Shown here: positions 34,099 to 34,651 of the stretch, piece after piece
How positions within the stretch are numbered: position 1 is the stretch's first letter
Layout: each line of letters begins with the position of its first letter
Notes under the pieces: model-generated
What the model was told of the DNA's origin: nothing
Database searches by the model: none
The model's input: the letters and a program-made list of their open reading frames with translations, nothing else
IMG/VR virus record: IMGVR_UViG_3300021957_003318
Direction: 5' to 3' (one strand)
DNA from: an uncultured virus (IMG/VR IMGVR_UViG_3300021957_003318)
Taxonomy: Duplodnaviria; Heunggongvirae; Uroviricota; Caudoviricetes; Demerecviridae
Length of the DNA stretch: 34,651 nt
Made by a program: the position numbers and the translations under genes

Positions 34099-34124
34099 AG
34101 GGCGCACCCGCCTATAAAAAGCTG

Positions 34125-34143
34125 AATGAGAATCATTCGCATT
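34125..34143. promoter_or_regulatory. Fur-box-like palindrome
   Basis: AA-TGAGAAT-C-ATTCGCA-TT, compared with the 7-1-7 consensus TGATAAT-N-ATTATCA. Confidence 0.6.
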
Positions 34144-34149
34144 TGGAAA

Positions 34150-34171
34150 TTGTCACACAATTGTCACACAA
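34150..34171 (+). promoter_or_regulatory. Pho-box-like 11-bp direct repeat
   Basis: TTGTCACACAA x2, TGTCA core with an 11-bp period, directly upstream of a -35 element. Confidence 0.6.
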
Positions 34172-34177
34172 AAGGTA

Positions 34178-34228
34178 TTGACAAAACCCGAAACGCACCC
34201 TATAATTTATCTTATAAATTATAGGGTG
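34178..34228 (+). promoter_or_regulatory. Promoter whose -10 element lies inside a perfect 15-bp inverted repeat
   Basis: TTGACA(34178-34183)-17-TATAAT(34201-34206); CACCCTATAATTTAT-CTT-ATAAATTATAGGGTG (34196-34228). Confidence 0.7.
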
Positions 34229-34260
34229 TGTCAATCCTTTTTTAAAAAAATCCAAAACAC

Positions 34261-34290
34261 AAAAAAAAATCCCGAGGGGTAGTCGGGATT
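34261..34290 (-). terminator. Intrinsic terminator (possibly bidirectional)
   Basis: Minus strand ATCCCGA-CTACCCC-TCGGGAT-TTTTTTTT. Confidence 0.8.
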
Positions 34291-34382
34291 TTAGGTTTAC
34301 CTAGTTAGGAGTAGGATTTAAATTTGAGTGCCGAGGGCAAAATTTTCTACTAACATGTTAATAAATAAAATTCTCGGCTCTC

Positions 34383-34651
34383 AAAAAAGGTGGCTCGGTT
34401 AGTTCGATATAATCTCCCCAACCTTGCCGACTCGCTTTGACTTTCCCCTTGCTACAGTATGCGTTCCCTTTAGCTGTTAAGTCTTGATACAGTTTCAAAA
34501 TCGTGAGATAATAAAACCTTTCAAACCCTAGAGCAGTTAATCAGTTGGCTATCTTTAGCGATAGACATTGAGTCCCTAGCTAGTCCGAGGGTTAGAGGTC
34601 TGGGCGTTCTCTTAATTGCCGAAGCGTTGGGAGTGTTCCTTTTCCTCTCAT
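34383..34651 (-). ncRNA. 3' part of a second candidate structured ncRNA, probably continuing beyond the window
   Basis: No ORF; stems AGAGG/CCTCT, AACCCT/AGGGTT, CTATC/GATAG and GGTTGG/CTAACC before a T-run; short motifs shared with the 31.2-32.2 kb element. Confidence 0.45.

Noticed and set aside
33912..34181. 89-aa plus-strand ORF
   Set aside because: Starts on the TTG of a -35 hexamer and translates through repeats and binding boxes; no RBS.
1..34651. Stop-codon reassignment
   Set aside because: Core genes are full length under the standard code, and TAA, TAG and TGA all end genes at coupled junctions.

Overview
AT-rich segment of a lytic T5-like (Demerecviridae-type) siphophage genome. 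The accessory genes (Hsp20, bS21, 2OG oxygenases) suggest an aquatic or marine host, and the spanins indicate a Gram-negative one. Almost all genes are on the minus strand. The left 17 kb holds the T5-type replication block: family A DNA polymerase, primase, DnaB-like helicase, D5, split NAD-dependent ligase, PC4-like SSB, D3 and D2. It is interleaved with tailoring enzymes: asparagine synthase-like, methyltransferase, carbamoyltransferase, SGNH-like, sulfotransferases, glycosyltransferases, 2OG-Fe(II)/JmjC oxygenases and radical SAM. The middle has a lysozyme and spanin cassette, Hsp20, and a small plus-strand island with an HTH gene, ribosomal protein bS21 and a promoter-driven long hairpin. 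The right end is largely non-coding. It contains a ~950-nt, densely base-paired candidate ncRNA (31245-32204, minus) bounded by its own promoter and terminator, a smaller T-loop-containing structure, and a second structured element running off the window edge. It also has a repeat-rich stretch with DnaA-, Fur- and PhoB-like boxes, reminiscent of the T5 injection-stop region. About 18 near-consensus sigma70 promoters are visible, several giving leaderless mRNAs. All product calls come from motif recognition by eye; no searches were run.
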